Shown here in pieces: positions 37,795-51,523 of a stretch of 64,000 nt of DNA (position 1 is the stretch's first letter; every line of letters starts with the position of its first letter). The translations under genes and the position numbers were made by a program. The stretch comes from Octopus vulgaris (Eukaryota): assembly GCA_951406725.2 (NCBI GenBank), contig OX597831.1:63426001-63490000 (forward strand). The letters run 5' to 3'. The notes under the pieces are model-generated. The model was not told where the DNA came from and did no database searches. It worked only from the letters and a program-made list of their open reading frames with translations.

Positions 37795-38523
37795 ATACCT
37801 GACCTGTTCTTAATAGCAGAATGATACCTCAGACAACATAGTTAGAGGAGATGGTCACAGCTTAAGCACCTTCGATCTTAAGTAGGATGGGTTATGTTAT
37901 AGCTACAACAACAACGATGAATACGACGGCAAGGACATGTTTTACTTTTGCCTCTGATATGTAATTTCATATTTCTATCGAACGCATTTATTCTGAATAG
38001 CTTGGGAATACACGTTATTTTTCGCTGATGCTTTTTATTTCCCTAATATTCGATTAATAAACAATTGATAAAATCTAAATAACAATGCTATTTTCCAATT
38101 AAAGGCAAAATAATTAAAACATGTATGCGCCTGTTCTTTCAAAAAGCCAACACAAAGATAAAGTAGATAAATAAGAGTATATCTTCGGCGTTACAATGGC
38201 TTTGTGTTGATCGTGGAAGTCAATAATTCGACCGGCTTACTAAATTATTGAACGGATTAATGTACGGACATCTATAATGTGAATGAATAGTTCTCGAGTG
38301 TGTATAGAATTGATGTATATCTGTCTTTGTATGGGAGTGACCATATCTGACTAGTGAGGACGACGAACAACCAACCAGTATATCAGTTGTTTGCATTTAG
38401 TCACCAAGACGACGACGATGTCTATAAGTAGCTCAGCATGTTAGAAATGGCAGCTAAATCTCCCCACCACCCCGCCACTAGTCACATTTTATGCCTCAAA
38501 GAACTCACTAGATAATGTTATTC

Positions 38524-38933
38524 GGATCTTTTCGGTTTGAACGGCAGTTTTTAACATAATTTCTAGGTAACTAAAAACTGTTAAACTTCGTATACTGGTA
38601 GAATGTGTTTATAAAACATCTTTTTCTCTTGGCTTTATTGAGAACATTCTATAGTTTGTAAGATATTTGTTGTTATTTTTCTTCAATTTCTGCAATTTCA
38701 ACCAATCACTGACGTGTATTGAGGTGAAAAATATTCTGTGCCGTATGAATATGTCCCTCGTTTAAGAAACAGATTGGGTTTATTTACATTTCTGAAGAAA
38801 AAATATACCCTTCCCCCCACACCTAATCCTAAAACAGATTGAAATGTAATAGATCGATACTAGGGTCATAATTATGGGTGACAATTTCATATGACACCGC
38901 TAGAATAAAGTGCCGTTCAAACCGAAAAGATCC
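38524..38933. mobile_element. GG-ended MITE with 8-bp TSD (Merlin-like)
   Basis: Same TIR as 33709; TSD TGTTATTC at 38516-38523 and 38934-38941. Confidence 0.9.
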
Positions 38934-39249
38934 TGTTATTCTATGGTCATGATTGAAGTTTCTTTGATCATGAGCCATAAACCAGAGCTGAACTAGGGTC
39001 TAAGAATAGCACAAGTGTTTTATTTTATCGACCCCCAACCCCACAAAAGGTGGGGGAGACTAAGCTGACAATGGTAAGATTTAAACTTAGTGTGCAAAGG
39101 AACCTAATTATGTACAAAGCATCATGGTGAACTATCAACAGATGCCGTCATCTAACGCCACAATTATATGTTTGATGATTTATAACATAGACACAAGGTT
39201 AGAAATTCTAAGAGGTATAGCATAGCAGACTTGACACTTAATTCGTTTT

Positions 39250-39970
39250 TATTTTATAGACCCCATCCCTACCCCGATGATGAAAGACAAAGTTGATCAC
39301 GGAGGCATTTGGACACGTAGCATAAAGTGCCATAGGTAAATATCGGTTTCGAATTTTGGCACAGGGCCAGTAATTTCTGGGGTGAGGTCGATTACGTCGA
39401 CCTCAGTGATCAATTGCTACATATTTTATCGATCCCAAAACGATGAAAGACAAGTTCAACCTCGACAGAATTTGATTTCAGAACACAAAAACGGGCGATA
39501 TACCTATTTCTTTACTACCCACAAGGGGCTACACACAGAGGGGACAAAGAAAAACAGACAAACGGATTAAGTCGATTATATTGACCCCAGTGCGTAACTG
39601 GTATTTATTTAATCGACCCCGAAAGGATGAAAGGCAAAGTCAACCTCGGTGGAATTTGAACTCAGAACGTAGCAGCAGACGAAATACCTATTTCTTTACT
39701 ACCCACAAGGGGATAAACATAGAAGGGACAAACAAGGACAGACATAGGTATTAAGTCGATTACATCGACCCCAGTGCGTAACTGGTACTTAATTTATCGA
39801 CCCCGAAAGGATGAAAGGCAAAGTCGACCTCGGCGGAATTTGAACTCACAACGTAACGACAGACGAAATACGGCTGCGCATTTCGCCCGGCGTGCTAACG
39901 CTTCTGCCAGCTCGCCGCCATAGGCAAATATCGGAAGGTATTTGTTCTGACACCTATAATTTTTCTGCCA
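39250..39970 (-). mobile_element. Nested/tandem cluster of at least four SINE C copies
   Basis: Core GATGAAAG.CAAAGT..ACC recurs at ~39280, 39440, 39625 and 39810. Confidence 0.9.
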
Positions 39971-40392
39971 AGATATTACCCTTAATGATTAGCAGAACAT
40001 TGGCACACAGACAAGACTTTTCTGGGAGAGATAGTGATTTAGCAGTTGTTTGGCCCTTTATGTCATTCCCATCGAATGACGACGGAAGGTAAAGTCGACC
40101 ATGACAGGAATTCAATTCGGAACGTTAAACCACGAGTCTAAATACGTGTTCTGCCATCTACTGTATCTGAGGTGTCTACATAATAACTTCCAACGTAGAC
40201 ATGAGGACACAAATTTGGGAAAATGGGATAATCGATTAAATCCGACTCAGTTTTATTGGTACTTTACTTTTACCGATCCAGGAAGAATGAAATGCGAATT
40301 TGAACTCAGTAGGATTTGAACTCAGAACGTAGAAAGTCAGATATATGTTTAGATGTGTGTGTGATTGTGTGTGTGTGTGAATGTATATATAA

Positions 40393-40678
40393 ATGGCTTA
40401 GTGGTGAGGATGTTGCAGCCACGATTGCGAGGTCATGGTTTCGATTCCCAGACCGGGTGTTACGCTATGTTCTTGAGCAATTTCATGTTGCTGTGAAATT
40501 TACATCACCTGACATGTGGCACGTTGAGCACCTGTACAGATAATGTCGATTTGATGGAAAGTGAGAGAATGAGCTTATGTGAACACAAACATTTGATCAC
40601 TATAAACAAATCATGTACGTGGTTTTGCAGCAAACAAATTGCAGAATCCTCATATGTCGTCTAACGACGGGAGTCCGT
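40393..40678 (+). mobile_element. tRNA-derived SINE, A-related head with a different body
   Basis: TGGCTTAGTGGT..GGTTTCGATTCCCAGACCGGG..GTCGTCTAACGACGGGAGT. Confidence 0.75.
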
Positions 40679-41228
40679 GATACATATGTGTGTGTTTGTG
40701 TGTGTTTGATTAAAATTTCCAATATGGTTAAAAGGGCTTAGTTGATTAACTTGATTAACTTGACTCCAGTACTTGACAGGTGCTATATTTCAGTGAAACC
40801 AAAAGCTTGAGAGTCAGATTTATCCTTGGCGAGATTAGAGCCCGAAACGAAAAAATTCGAAAGAAATCCGTGTGCTGTCATACTGACACCGAAACAGTTC
40901 TAACAATCCGCTGCAATTATGTGAATACATTATTATAACAGTCTGCGAGTCTCTGTGTGAAGAGGAGTATTGAAGAGTGTGCATATTGTGTAAACGAACT
41001 AAGAATGAGTGAGCCATGTTGTTAGTGTAATCTATCAAAATATCATTTCACAACAGAAAATATGTTTTGTGTAATGAGGATTTGATTTAGCTACACCTTG
41101 TTACAAAACATAACAAGCAAAGACGCCATTATCCGGGCATATGCAAATACTTCTGAAGATAGTCAAACATATATTTACATATCATCATATCATATGTACA
41201 TGCGTGTGTGTGTGACCACATATGCATA

Positions 41229-41284
<56 letters not shown>

Positions 41285-41415
41285 TTTGTTCATATAGAAA
41301 TGCATTCACACATGCACACGCACACACACAAACAGAGATACACGCACATACATATCACACGTCCATGCATGTGTGTTTGTAAATGCATATGTATATATGT
41401 GTGTGTGTGTGTGTA

Positions 41416-41456
<41 letters not shown>

Positions 41457-42282
41457 ATATACATATAATTTCACACACACATACATACACACATGTACAC
41501 ATATACTCACACATACGCATACATATATATTTACATATATGCATAATAACTTTCACACATATATACTAATATTTACACTTACAGACTTACTACAAGTACT
41601 TACGTACGTATTTACTGTCGTATACACTTACATACTTACATACATATAAATATACACACAAACACATATATGATTAACATAAAAACCAAAACATACATAA
41701 ATATATATACATACACAGAGATATTTCTCCACATACAAACCAAATAGTGCACTATGTTCTAACATCAAATAAACACCATTCTCATACAAACATTCAAACC
41801 TCATTCTACCATGCTAGAAATATGTATCCTCACGCACATATACACTCACTATATACACTTCCTACGTAGGAGCATACGTGGACAAGTTGGAACTCAATAA
41901 TACAAACAATTCAATCGCCAACTACGTGGATTGTCTATGTCTATAATATGTATTTCCTCCTACTCTTACGAAAGAAATAGCGGACGAGCCTGCTAGAACA
42001 ATAGAATCAAGTTTCCAAAAGTAATTGTCACGCACACGACTCGTGTTTGTTTTGTTGGGCGTTTGTCCAACAAGGTGTTTGTATAGTTTAAATGAACTAA
42101 TGATTGTCAAGTCCAGACATATGGTTCACTAGCATCTACCGTGCCATGGTGTATATTTAACTTCCGTATAAAAATGTTCTTAAAAATCTATAGATTGCTT
42201 GTGTTACGACCATGACGCCATTTTCAAAGTTATAAATACACATGCAAAGATTCACAGACAAACACACACACACACTCACACT

Positions 42283-42357
<75 letters not shown>

Positions 42358-42359
42358 CG

Positions 42360-42492
42360 TTAGCTATAGAAGAGCGTAGGCTCCAAACGTAAAAACTTTT
42401 TCTATTCCTGAGCGTTATACTAATACATCTGTTTGTTTTGTACACCACCTGTCTTCGTCTTTTGTTTTTTTTTTTCGCAAACTCTCCCTATA
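42360..42492 (+). mobile_element. Relic hammerhead-type element 3' end inside (GATA)n
   Basis: CTATAGA-AGAGC-GTAG-GCTC-CAAAC-GTA..TTCCTGAGCG parallels 161-225; both core boxes are mutated. Confidence 0.55.
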
Positions 42493-42499
42493 GACAGAC

Positions 42500-42583
<84 letters not shown>

Positions 42584-42949
42584 TTCAATAGAAGCCTACC
42601 AAATAAATTGTACAGACATTTATTGAAATGTTACTTTTAATCTTGATTTCATATTCTTTAATTAATTTAATTGTTTTAAATTTAAATTCCAAATTACCAT
42701 CCTTATTTTGCTGCAAATACATATGCCAGTTTTACCAATTTGAACGCATGAAGTCAAGCGCCAAAAAAAGAAATGACAATAAAAGACTATATGAGTTTCA
42801 TATCGCCTATGTCATACGTTCTTTCACTAAAATTCTGTTTTGAACATTATGGTTCGTTCAATATAATTCTCCAACAAATGAGGACAATGAAAGTGATACA
42901 GTGGATAAGCTTGAAAGAGCTGATGGACGAACACGTATTTCACACTGGA

Positions 42950-43125
42950 CGAAATGTTTAGCAGTATTTCGCCCGTCGCTACGTGCTGAGTTCAAATTCC
43001 GCCGAGGTCGATTTTGCCTTTCATTCTTTCGGGGTCGACAAATCAAATACGAGTTGAGTACTGGGGTTGATGTAATCGACTACCCCCTCCTCAAAATTTC
43101 AGGCTCTGTGCCTATAGTAGAAAGG
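42950..43125 (+). mobile_element. SINE family C with alternative tail ending in (ATT)n
   Basis: Core followed by CCCCTCCTCAAAATTTCAGGCTCTGTGCCTATAGTAGAAAGG(ATT)n. Confidence 0.9.
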
Positions 43126-43192
<67 letters not shown>

Positions 43193-43347
43193 TTTTAAAA
43201 AGGATTGACGTAACTCTTCGCAAAGGTAAACAGTCAAGACGAAGAGCGCGATTCGATTATAAGATATTTTATTGGTTGAACGGTATTTCGACAGTACATC
43301 TGTCTTTGTCAAGTTCAAAATACGAAATGATCAAAATTCAAAATTTC

Positions 43348-43392
<45 letters not shown>

Positions 43393-45470
43393 GGCGAGTG
43401 AAGGATAAAAGATGTTACAGTATGACTGAAAGCTTGAGGAAAGGAAGTGGCAGGGGCAGTAGTGAAATATCATCATGTAATACAAAACATACATTTAAAT
43501 ACATAGTGTTTTACTACGGATATGGGCAGTACTTCTCAGCACAATCTTCTGGATTTCTCTGACACATGGTTCTCCTGGGATATTAACTAGATGTTTCTAA
43601 CATCCCTTTCTTATCATACCTAGGGAACCCACAATAACAGAAACAGTTCTCGCTTTAAGATGCCACATCTTTCGTATTTCAATTTCAATTTCCAAGTCCT
43701 TATATCTACTTAATTTGTCAAATTCCTTTATTATTCCCTTATTATTTTTATCATTATCATTATTGTTGTTGTTGTTGTTATTATTATTATTTTTATTATT
43801 GTTGTTTTTATTATTATTGTTATTATTATTACTATTACTATTATTATTATCTGTGTGTACCCCACAGTATGATTGCTTTCTCATTCTCTGTGACCTTTTC
43901 TTGCGTGTGCCTATACCATCTTTTTCTGTTGTTATTCCATAGTGTATGTAGGTCCCAGCTCTGTCGTGTCTGTGAATATATTCCTTCTTAGCCAGGACTG
44001 GGCAGCCAGAGACAATATTATTTATTGCTTCTTCCCCATCTTCACATATTCTGCAGTTACTTGTATTTCTTTTCATTACATGTTTTTGGTAATTTCTGGT
44101 GGGAAGGATTTGATCTTGTGCTGCAATTAAAAATCTTTCAGTCTCTGCTTTGAGTCTTGAGCTTCTCAACCATTGTAAGGATTTTGCTTTGTCGATTTCG
44201 TTTCTGTTTAGTTTAACCTAGTATTTGCCATGAAGGGGGCTTTTCTTGCCATCGATTTATCATGACCCGTTGCTGTTCCAGTTTTAGTTTGGATTTCAGT
44301 TGTTTTACAGCTTTTGTTGTTTCTTCTTTTTCCTTATAGTTGTTAGGTGCTATTACTCTTTTACTCTTTTACTCTTTTACTTGTTTCAGTCATTTGACTG
44401 TGGCCATGCTGCAGCATCGCCTTTAGTCGAGCAAATCGACCCCGGGACTTATTCTTTGTAAGCCCAGTACTTATTCTATCGGTCTCTTTTTGCCGAACCG
44501 CTAAGTTACACGGACGTAAACACACCAGCATCGGTTGTCAAGCAATGCTAGGGGGACAAACACAGACACACAAACACACACACACACACACACACATATA
44601 TACACATATATACGACAGGCTTCTTTCAGTTTCCGTCTACCAAATTCACTCATAAGGCATTGGTCGGCCCGGGGCTATAGCAGAAGACACTTGCCCAAGA
44701 TGCCACGCAGTGGGACTGAACCCGGAACCATGTGGTTGGTTAGCAAGCTACTTACCACACAGCCACTCCTGCGCCTATGACTCATTTTTTGTATTTGTCA
44801 GCTTCCTTAAAGACTGAAAACAGGTTTTTTTGTTTTCTTCGTGGCTATTTGTATTAGTTTTCCTTGCTTCTGTAGTCCTATGGTGGTTATTTCGTAATAG
44901 TTTTCTTGCTGTATAAGTCCTTTACCACTTTCGATACATTGTATATACAACATTTCTATGTCAGCTTTTGGTGGTGCATCCTAAATCCTGTCATTATTTT
45001 CCTTGCTTTCCTGTTTATTTTGATTAGTTCATTCAGAATCCAATTAAGAATATTCTACCTGTAACTTATAATTGGGACGGCTAGACTGTTGATGCCTATT
45101 ATCTTGTTTTTTTCTTCTGTTTTTGCGTTGAGCTCTGTTTTCAGTATTAATCTAACTCGTCTATAGTATTCTTTTCTTATCTTCTCTTTCATTTGTGCGG
45201 GTTGTATCGTATCTAGTTCATTGATTCCTAAGTATTTGTATGTCTGGCTTTGGTCTAATCCTCTTATTTCATTTGCTTTATTTAGTGTGATGTTGGTACT
45301 TTAACTAGGTTTCCTCTTTTCAAGGTTGTTTTGGCACATTTTTCCAAACCAAATTTCATGTTTATTTCTTTGGTAAATCCATGTACTGTCTGTAGTAATG
45401 TTTGTTTCCAGCTATTTATCATTTTTAGAATACAGTTTTAGACCATCCATATGTAATAGGTGGCTGATTA
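43393..45470 (-). mobile_element. R4/Dong-like RLE retrotransposon (RT C-terminus, CCHC knuckle, RLE, 3' UTR) between TAA repeats
   Basis: SHLLHMDGLKLY; LKAETERFLIAAQDQILPTRNY..CRIC..SGCPVLAKKEYIHRHD; KLSRYKDLEIE..MWHLK..VIVGSLG; (TAT)n at 43348-43392 and 45470-45530. Confidence 0.85.
44353..44779 (-). mobile_element. SINE family B inserted in the Dong-like element
   Basis: Full head and tail; approximate TSD TATTACTC/TATGACTC. Confidence 0.95.
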
Positions 45471-45484
45471 TTGTTGTTATCATT

Positions 45485-45534
<50 letters not shown>

Positions 45535-45537
<3 letters not shown>

Positions 45538-45764
45538 TTTACTACCCACAAGGGGCTAAACGCAGAAGAGACAAACAAGGATAGACAAGCGGATTAAATC
45601 GATTACATCGACCCCAGTGCGTAACTGGTACTTAATTTATCGACCCCGAAAGGATGAAAGGCAAAGTCGACCTCGGCGGAATTCGAACTCAGAACGTAAC
45701 GGCAGACGAAATACGGCTATGCATTTCGCCCGGCGTGCTAAAAATTCTGACAGCTCGCCGCCCT
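45535..45764 (-). mobile_element. SINE family C
   Basis: Full consensus match. Confidence 0.9.
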
Positions 45765-45766
45765 AA

Positions 45767-45834
<68 letters not shown>

Positions 45835-46645
45835 CATAGTGGCAAACTGAAAGAATCGTTGGAGCGTGGGCGGAAAGCTTTGAAGTATTTCTACCGACAC
45901 TACGTTCTGCACTTGAATCCCACAACGGTCAATTTTCCACTGTTTCCACTGATTCGGGATCGATAAAATAAAATACCATTCAAGTACTGAGGTCGCTGAT
46001 ATTACCCAACCGACACTACTCAAAATTGCTGGCCTTGTGCCAAAATCTGAAATAATTTATGCTTCTGATTTGCAGAGTCGAGTGGATTAAAGCTGAAGGT
46101 AAGGTCAAACTTTTATCCCTCATTAGTCGATAAAAAAAAAAACTTAGCAGCCAAATGCTGGTGTTGATTCAGTCGTCGATACACCCCCACTCCTTATTGT
46201 CATTCTTATCATTTATCGAGCTTATATCTCATGTTTTTTTATCTTGCGTGACCTTTGTCAGAAGAGAAAGGACAACATCGATGGCTTTGGTCAGAGACGA
46301 AGGACAACAGCTTTGTCTGTTGTTGGACCTTGACTGAACTTTTTAAAAAAGCTAAAGTCGGTGGCCCAGTGCAAAAGCTTACAACAGAATAGGCGTTTAG
46401 CTCAAGGCTACAGTTGGTGGTGTTAAACTGGCCAAAGGATTAAGTGAACTACTTTCACACTTTCACTCTAGTTTATTATTTACATTGATTTGATAACATC
46501 ACTCCACTCTATCGTTTTTTTTTTCTTTCTTCTCCTATTCATCTTCACTCCACTACACCTTTTTTTTCCTTACTCCCCCATTCAATTTCCTCCCCGCTTC
46601 GCGTCACTTTTTATCACTTTTTTCAATTAACTTCATTCCACTTTA

Positions 46646-46731
<86 letters not shown>

Positions 46732-47239
46732 AATTCTCTGTATTCCACCTCACTTCACCTCGTTTCTCTTGTCTCTCTTCACATTAATTCATTTCTCTCG
46801 TTATGCTTTTGTTTCATATTTGTCTGCTTTTTCTCAGAATTTTTTTACCTTTCATTTTTACTTCCTGTGAAAAGCATTTTCAGTTTCTTCCTTCCGCAAT
46901 AAGCATTGGGAAGAACAAAAGTCAATCTCCCAGTAAGTAGAGTGTGTGACACAGTGACACGTCTGCAATCCCCAGTTGAAGCTACTTCATTTTACTAATG
47001 ACTTTAGGAAAGCAATAGGCCTTTCCTCCTCTCTCTCCCTCTCTCTCTCTCTCTTCCTCTATCTATCTGCCATCTCCCTCTCTCTCTCTCTCTCTTTTTC
47101 TCTCTCCCTCTCTCTCTTTCTCTCTTTCTCCTTCTTTCTCTATTTTTCCCTCTCTCTCTCTCTCTTTCTCTCTTCCTGAAACGTAGAGTATTTGTGTATA
47201 TTCAGAAAGTAAACAATATTTCATTAGATTTTAAGGTCA

Positions 47240-47650
47240 AAAGCTGGCAGAATTGTTAGCACGCCAGGCAAATGCTTAGTGGTATTTCATTCGTCTTTAC
47301 GTTCTGAGTTCAAATTCCACCAAGGTCTACTTTGCTTTTCATCCTTTCGGGGTAGATAAAAGAAGTACCAGTTTACACCGGTGACGATGTAATCGACTCA
47401 TCCCCTCCCCTATAATTGGTGGCCTTGTGCTTAAATGTGAAAAGGGCGGCGAGCTGGCAGAATCCTTAGCTCACCGGGCAAAATCTTTAGCGGCATTCCG
47501 TCTTTTGCTACGTGTTAAGTTCAAATTCCGCCGAGGGTGTCCTTGCCTTTCATCTTTACCGGATCGATAAAATAAGTACCAGTTGAGTGCTGGTGTTGAT
47601 TACTTACCCGCTCCCATGAAACTGCTGGCCTTGTGCCAAAATTTGAAATC
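47240..47650 (+). mobile_element. Two tandem older SINE C copies
   Basis: AGCTGGCAGAAT..TTCAAATTCC..GGCCTTGTGC twice. Confidence 0.85.
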
Positions 47651-48049
47651 AATATTTCATTAAGTTTTAAACAATACCGAGTTGAGAAAAACAGCTGAAC
47701 CTCTCACTAAATCCTTTGCAACATTAGGATTTTTCTACGTTCGGAGAACGAACTCAGTCGCGATCATCTTTCATTTTAATCGCTTAAATAAATACATAAG
47801 TAAATTTACTCAACTGTGTTACAGATTGCAAAATTAGGGATCAGGCGAATATGATAAATTGATATCACGTTTCCGTATTGGAATCAGTGAATGGAGAAAG
47901 CGACGGAAGACAAAACTCATAAAACACTCCATCAGTATAGTATTTCAAATAAGTTTGGTAAACGGTACACTGTAAGATAAATTTCTGAGAGTGTGTTCTC
48001 AATCAACGCAAAATGGGTGTGTTCAAAGACATAACCATCCAATAAATAT

Positions 48050-48478
48050 TCCTTTCTGCTATAGGAAGAAGGCTTAGAATTTTGGTGGAGGGCTAAGTCA
48101 GTTACACCGACTCTAGTGCTCAGCTGGTGTTTACTTTATCGAAGCCGAAAAGAGTTAAGGCAAAGTCGACTTCGGAAGAATTTGAACTGAGAATGGAAAA
48201 AGGGGCGAAATATGCTACCCATTTATCCGACCTGCTTAACGATTCTCATTTCTTTATTGCCCACAAGGGGCTAAACATAGAAAGGACAAACGAGGACAGA
48301 CAAACGGATTAAGTCGATTACATCGACCCCAGTGCGTAACTGGTACTTATTTAATCGACCCCGGAAGGATGAAATGCAAAGTCAACCTCGGCGGAATTTG
48401 AACTCAGAACGTAACGGCAGACGAAATGCGGCTAAGCATTTCGCCCGGCATGCTAACGATTCTGCCAGCACGTTGCCT
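48050..48478 (-). mobile_element. Young SINE C (48248-48478) adjoining an older SINE C
   Basis: Two cores GCAAAGTC.AC.TCGG at ~48160 and ~48376. Confidence 0.85.
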
Positions 48479-49040
48479 TTCGATGACCAATGAATATTAT
48501 AGGACTTATTGTATGGTGAACAAGTGCTGCATTATAAAAGCAATGCTGAGCGCAAGACCTAGTATGATTCTGTTGAAGGGAAAGACTAAAACTGAAGTAA
48601 TTATTTATGTCCGTGTATACTCTGTTGTCTGTATTGTCTATATTGTCGGTAAGGTAACTTTGTTTCATCGTGGAGGAGTAGGTAGAAAAAAGGAATCAGT
48701 AAGATAAACAGGTTCAGTGCGTCTAACTATTTTTGAACAAAGCTTAACTTTGTGCTTAGGAAATCAATACTAATAAGTATACGGGAGTACCAGAAATTTC
48801 TCAACGAGGTGAGACACGAAGCGATTTGAAATCATGATAGGAACGAGTTTCACTTTGATCAATGTTCCCTTGGAGAAATCATGGACATCAAACTGTTTTT
48901 AACTTCACTCAAAGAAACGAGTTTCTATACAGGCATTACCAGTGTTAGGAAACCAATGTATTCTTTAAAATATCTTACTAACACGGAGTTCTGTAACGCG
49001 AAATGTATTACATCTTTCATTTCCTTCATAATTTATTTCT

Positions 49041-49412
49041 GTGGAGGCGCAATGGCCCAGTGGTTAGGGCAGCAGACACACGGTTTCGATTCCCAGACCG
49101 GGCGTTGTGAGTGTTTATTGAGCGAAAACACCTAAAAGCTTCACGAGGCTCCGGCAGGGGATGGTGGTGATCCCTGCTGTACTCTTTCACCACAACTTTC
49201 TCTCACTCTTACTTCCTGTTTCTGTTGTACCTGTATTTCAAGGGGCCGGCCTTGTCACTCTCTATGTCACGCTGAATATCCCCGAGAACTAGGTTAAGGA
49301 TACACGTGTCTGTGGAGTGCTCAGTCACTTACACGTTAATTTCACGAGCAGGCTGTTCCGTTGATTCGGATCAACCGGAACCCTTATCGTCGTAACCGAC
49401 GGAGTGCTTCCA
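49041..49412 (+). mobile_element. tRNA-derived SINE with family-A head and a longer distinct tail
   Basis: GTGGAGGCGCAATGGCCCAGTGGTTAGGGC..GAGCGAAAACACCTAA..CGTAACCGACGGAGTGCTTCCA. Confidence 0.9.
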
Positions 49413-50439
49413 TATTTATTTCTGGATAACATTGAAGTCAGTACGAAAATAGCTTTCCGTCACAAGACTTCACATAACGGCGAGATTTTCAGAAGCGCAA
49501 CGTTGCCAAAGCGTAAGGAGGTTTTCGAAAGTTTAAAATGGCGAATGTCTTGTCGATTTATTATTATATCCCTACGTGTGCATACGTCTGTTGCTGAAAT
49601 TGCACGTCAGCATTTTATGTACAGTTATGTGTTTAATTTTCTGCCTGTGTATGTCTACCTGTATCCATAACTATGAGTTTATGAACCTTTATGTGCATAA
49701 ATTTCTACACACATTCATATGTGAATGTATGCAATTGTATGTATAGATTGCCTGCATCTAGCCGTGTAAATTTACAGAAATGTTTGTATTTGATTTCATA
49801 TATATGCGTGTGTGTATGCGTGTGTGTGTATGTGTGTGTGCAGGTTTATATATTTCTGCTTGCAGGCGAATGTGTGTGCTATAATGTATGCATATGATTG
49901 CATTTGATTTTATACATATGTGTAAATTTATGCACAAGATGAGTGAATATCTGTGCATGCGTCTGCGTAGATTTATGCGCTTTTATGTGTATAAATTTAT
50001 ACACATATATGTGTCCGAATGTATCTGCATGTATGAGTGTCAATGCAAGCATATAATTTCAAGCACATGTATACGTGCAGGTTTATGAAAAACAAGGGAA
50101 AATAAGAGAAAGGGCAAATTATAGAAACAGAAAAGAAAACGGATTGTGGAGACAGAGATAATTAAATAGTAACTAAGATCGGTAAAGTTAATTAAATATA
50201 ATTCATTACTTGAGATTTTAGTCAAATTCAGCACCTAGAATAGGACCGTGTACCAAATTATTCCGTGACCCTGAGGGCATTTGTTGATTCGAACACGTCA
50301 CTAACAAATGACGCTTTATGGAGATAATTAATCCAGCAGATAATAACTAATCCGAACCCAGATGTAATGTCAGAGGATCTTCCTTCGTATTGATTTCTGA
50401 CAAACATATATTACATGAGCTTCCTACATATTACAATGG

Positions 50440-51523
50440 TACAAGGGTGAGGGTGAGTAGGAGTGATGGCTGGGGAGGTAGTTTGGAGTGGCAGTAGTGG
50501 TTGCAGTAATAATGGTGGTTATGGTGGTGGAGAGTCGGTGCGAGTAGTAGGGTGGTTATAGATTTGTTTGTGACGGAGGAGTGGATTCGTAGTTGCAGAT
50601 GGGGTTGTTGGTAGAGTTAACTGCTAGTAGTCTTGGTGACTGCAGTGGCTTTGGTGTCGGTGGTGTAGGTAGTGTCGGTGGTGTTGGTGTCCGCGGTGGC
50701 GATGGTCATAGTCGTGGGGGAGTGTAGATACTGATGGAGCTAACCGTGCCTACTGAGGCTGATGGTGGAAGTTATGGCTACGGGTGAGAGAATCGTAGTG
50801 TAATAATAGTCGTGGTGATAATATTGTTCTTGGTTCTATTGTTGTTTAGATTCAGATTAGCAATCTAACCGTGACCATCTTGTCTTTCCCATGCGCTGCT
50901 AACTCAGGATTACATTGTTCAACGCGTCGTCCGTTTCTCAGTTGGACGGGTTCGATCTGAGAGTTGGTTGTGGTGAGGGTAGATGATGGGTTGGTGTTGT
51001 TGTTGGTGTTGATGTTGGTTATTGCTGCAGTGGCAGAGGCGATGGTAGTTACAGGTGGCGTTAGTTTGCAACAGTGATGCAGTGCTGATAATGTTACTGG
51101 TATTGTATGTAGATGTGTCGATGATAGAAATGATGTGACTTGGGTTGTTGTTGTTGGTGGTGGTTGGGGTGGTGGTGATGGTGTTTATGGTTGTGGTGGT
51201 GATTGTCGTGGTGGTGGTGGTGGAGGTTGTGGTGGTGGTGGTGGCGGTGGTTTTGGTGGTGGTGATGGTGTTTATGGTTGTGGTTGTGGTGGTGGTGATG
51301 GTGGCGGCGTTGATGGTTGTTGTGGCGTTGGTGGTTGTGGTGATGGTGGTGGCGTTGGTGGTGGTACTGGTGCTGGTGCTGGTGGTGCTGGTGGTGGCTG
51401 TAGTGGCGGTGCCGGTGGCGTCGGTGGCGGCAGCGGCGTCGGTGGCGACGGTGGTGGTGGTAGTGGTGGTGTTGGTGGTGGCGGTGTCGATGGCGGTGTC
51501 GATGGCGGTGGTGGTGGTGGTGG
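50440..51523. repeat. Decayed (GGT)n low-complexity tract
   Basis: GGT/GGC/GTT triplets, purest at 51140-51523. Confidence 0.9.
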
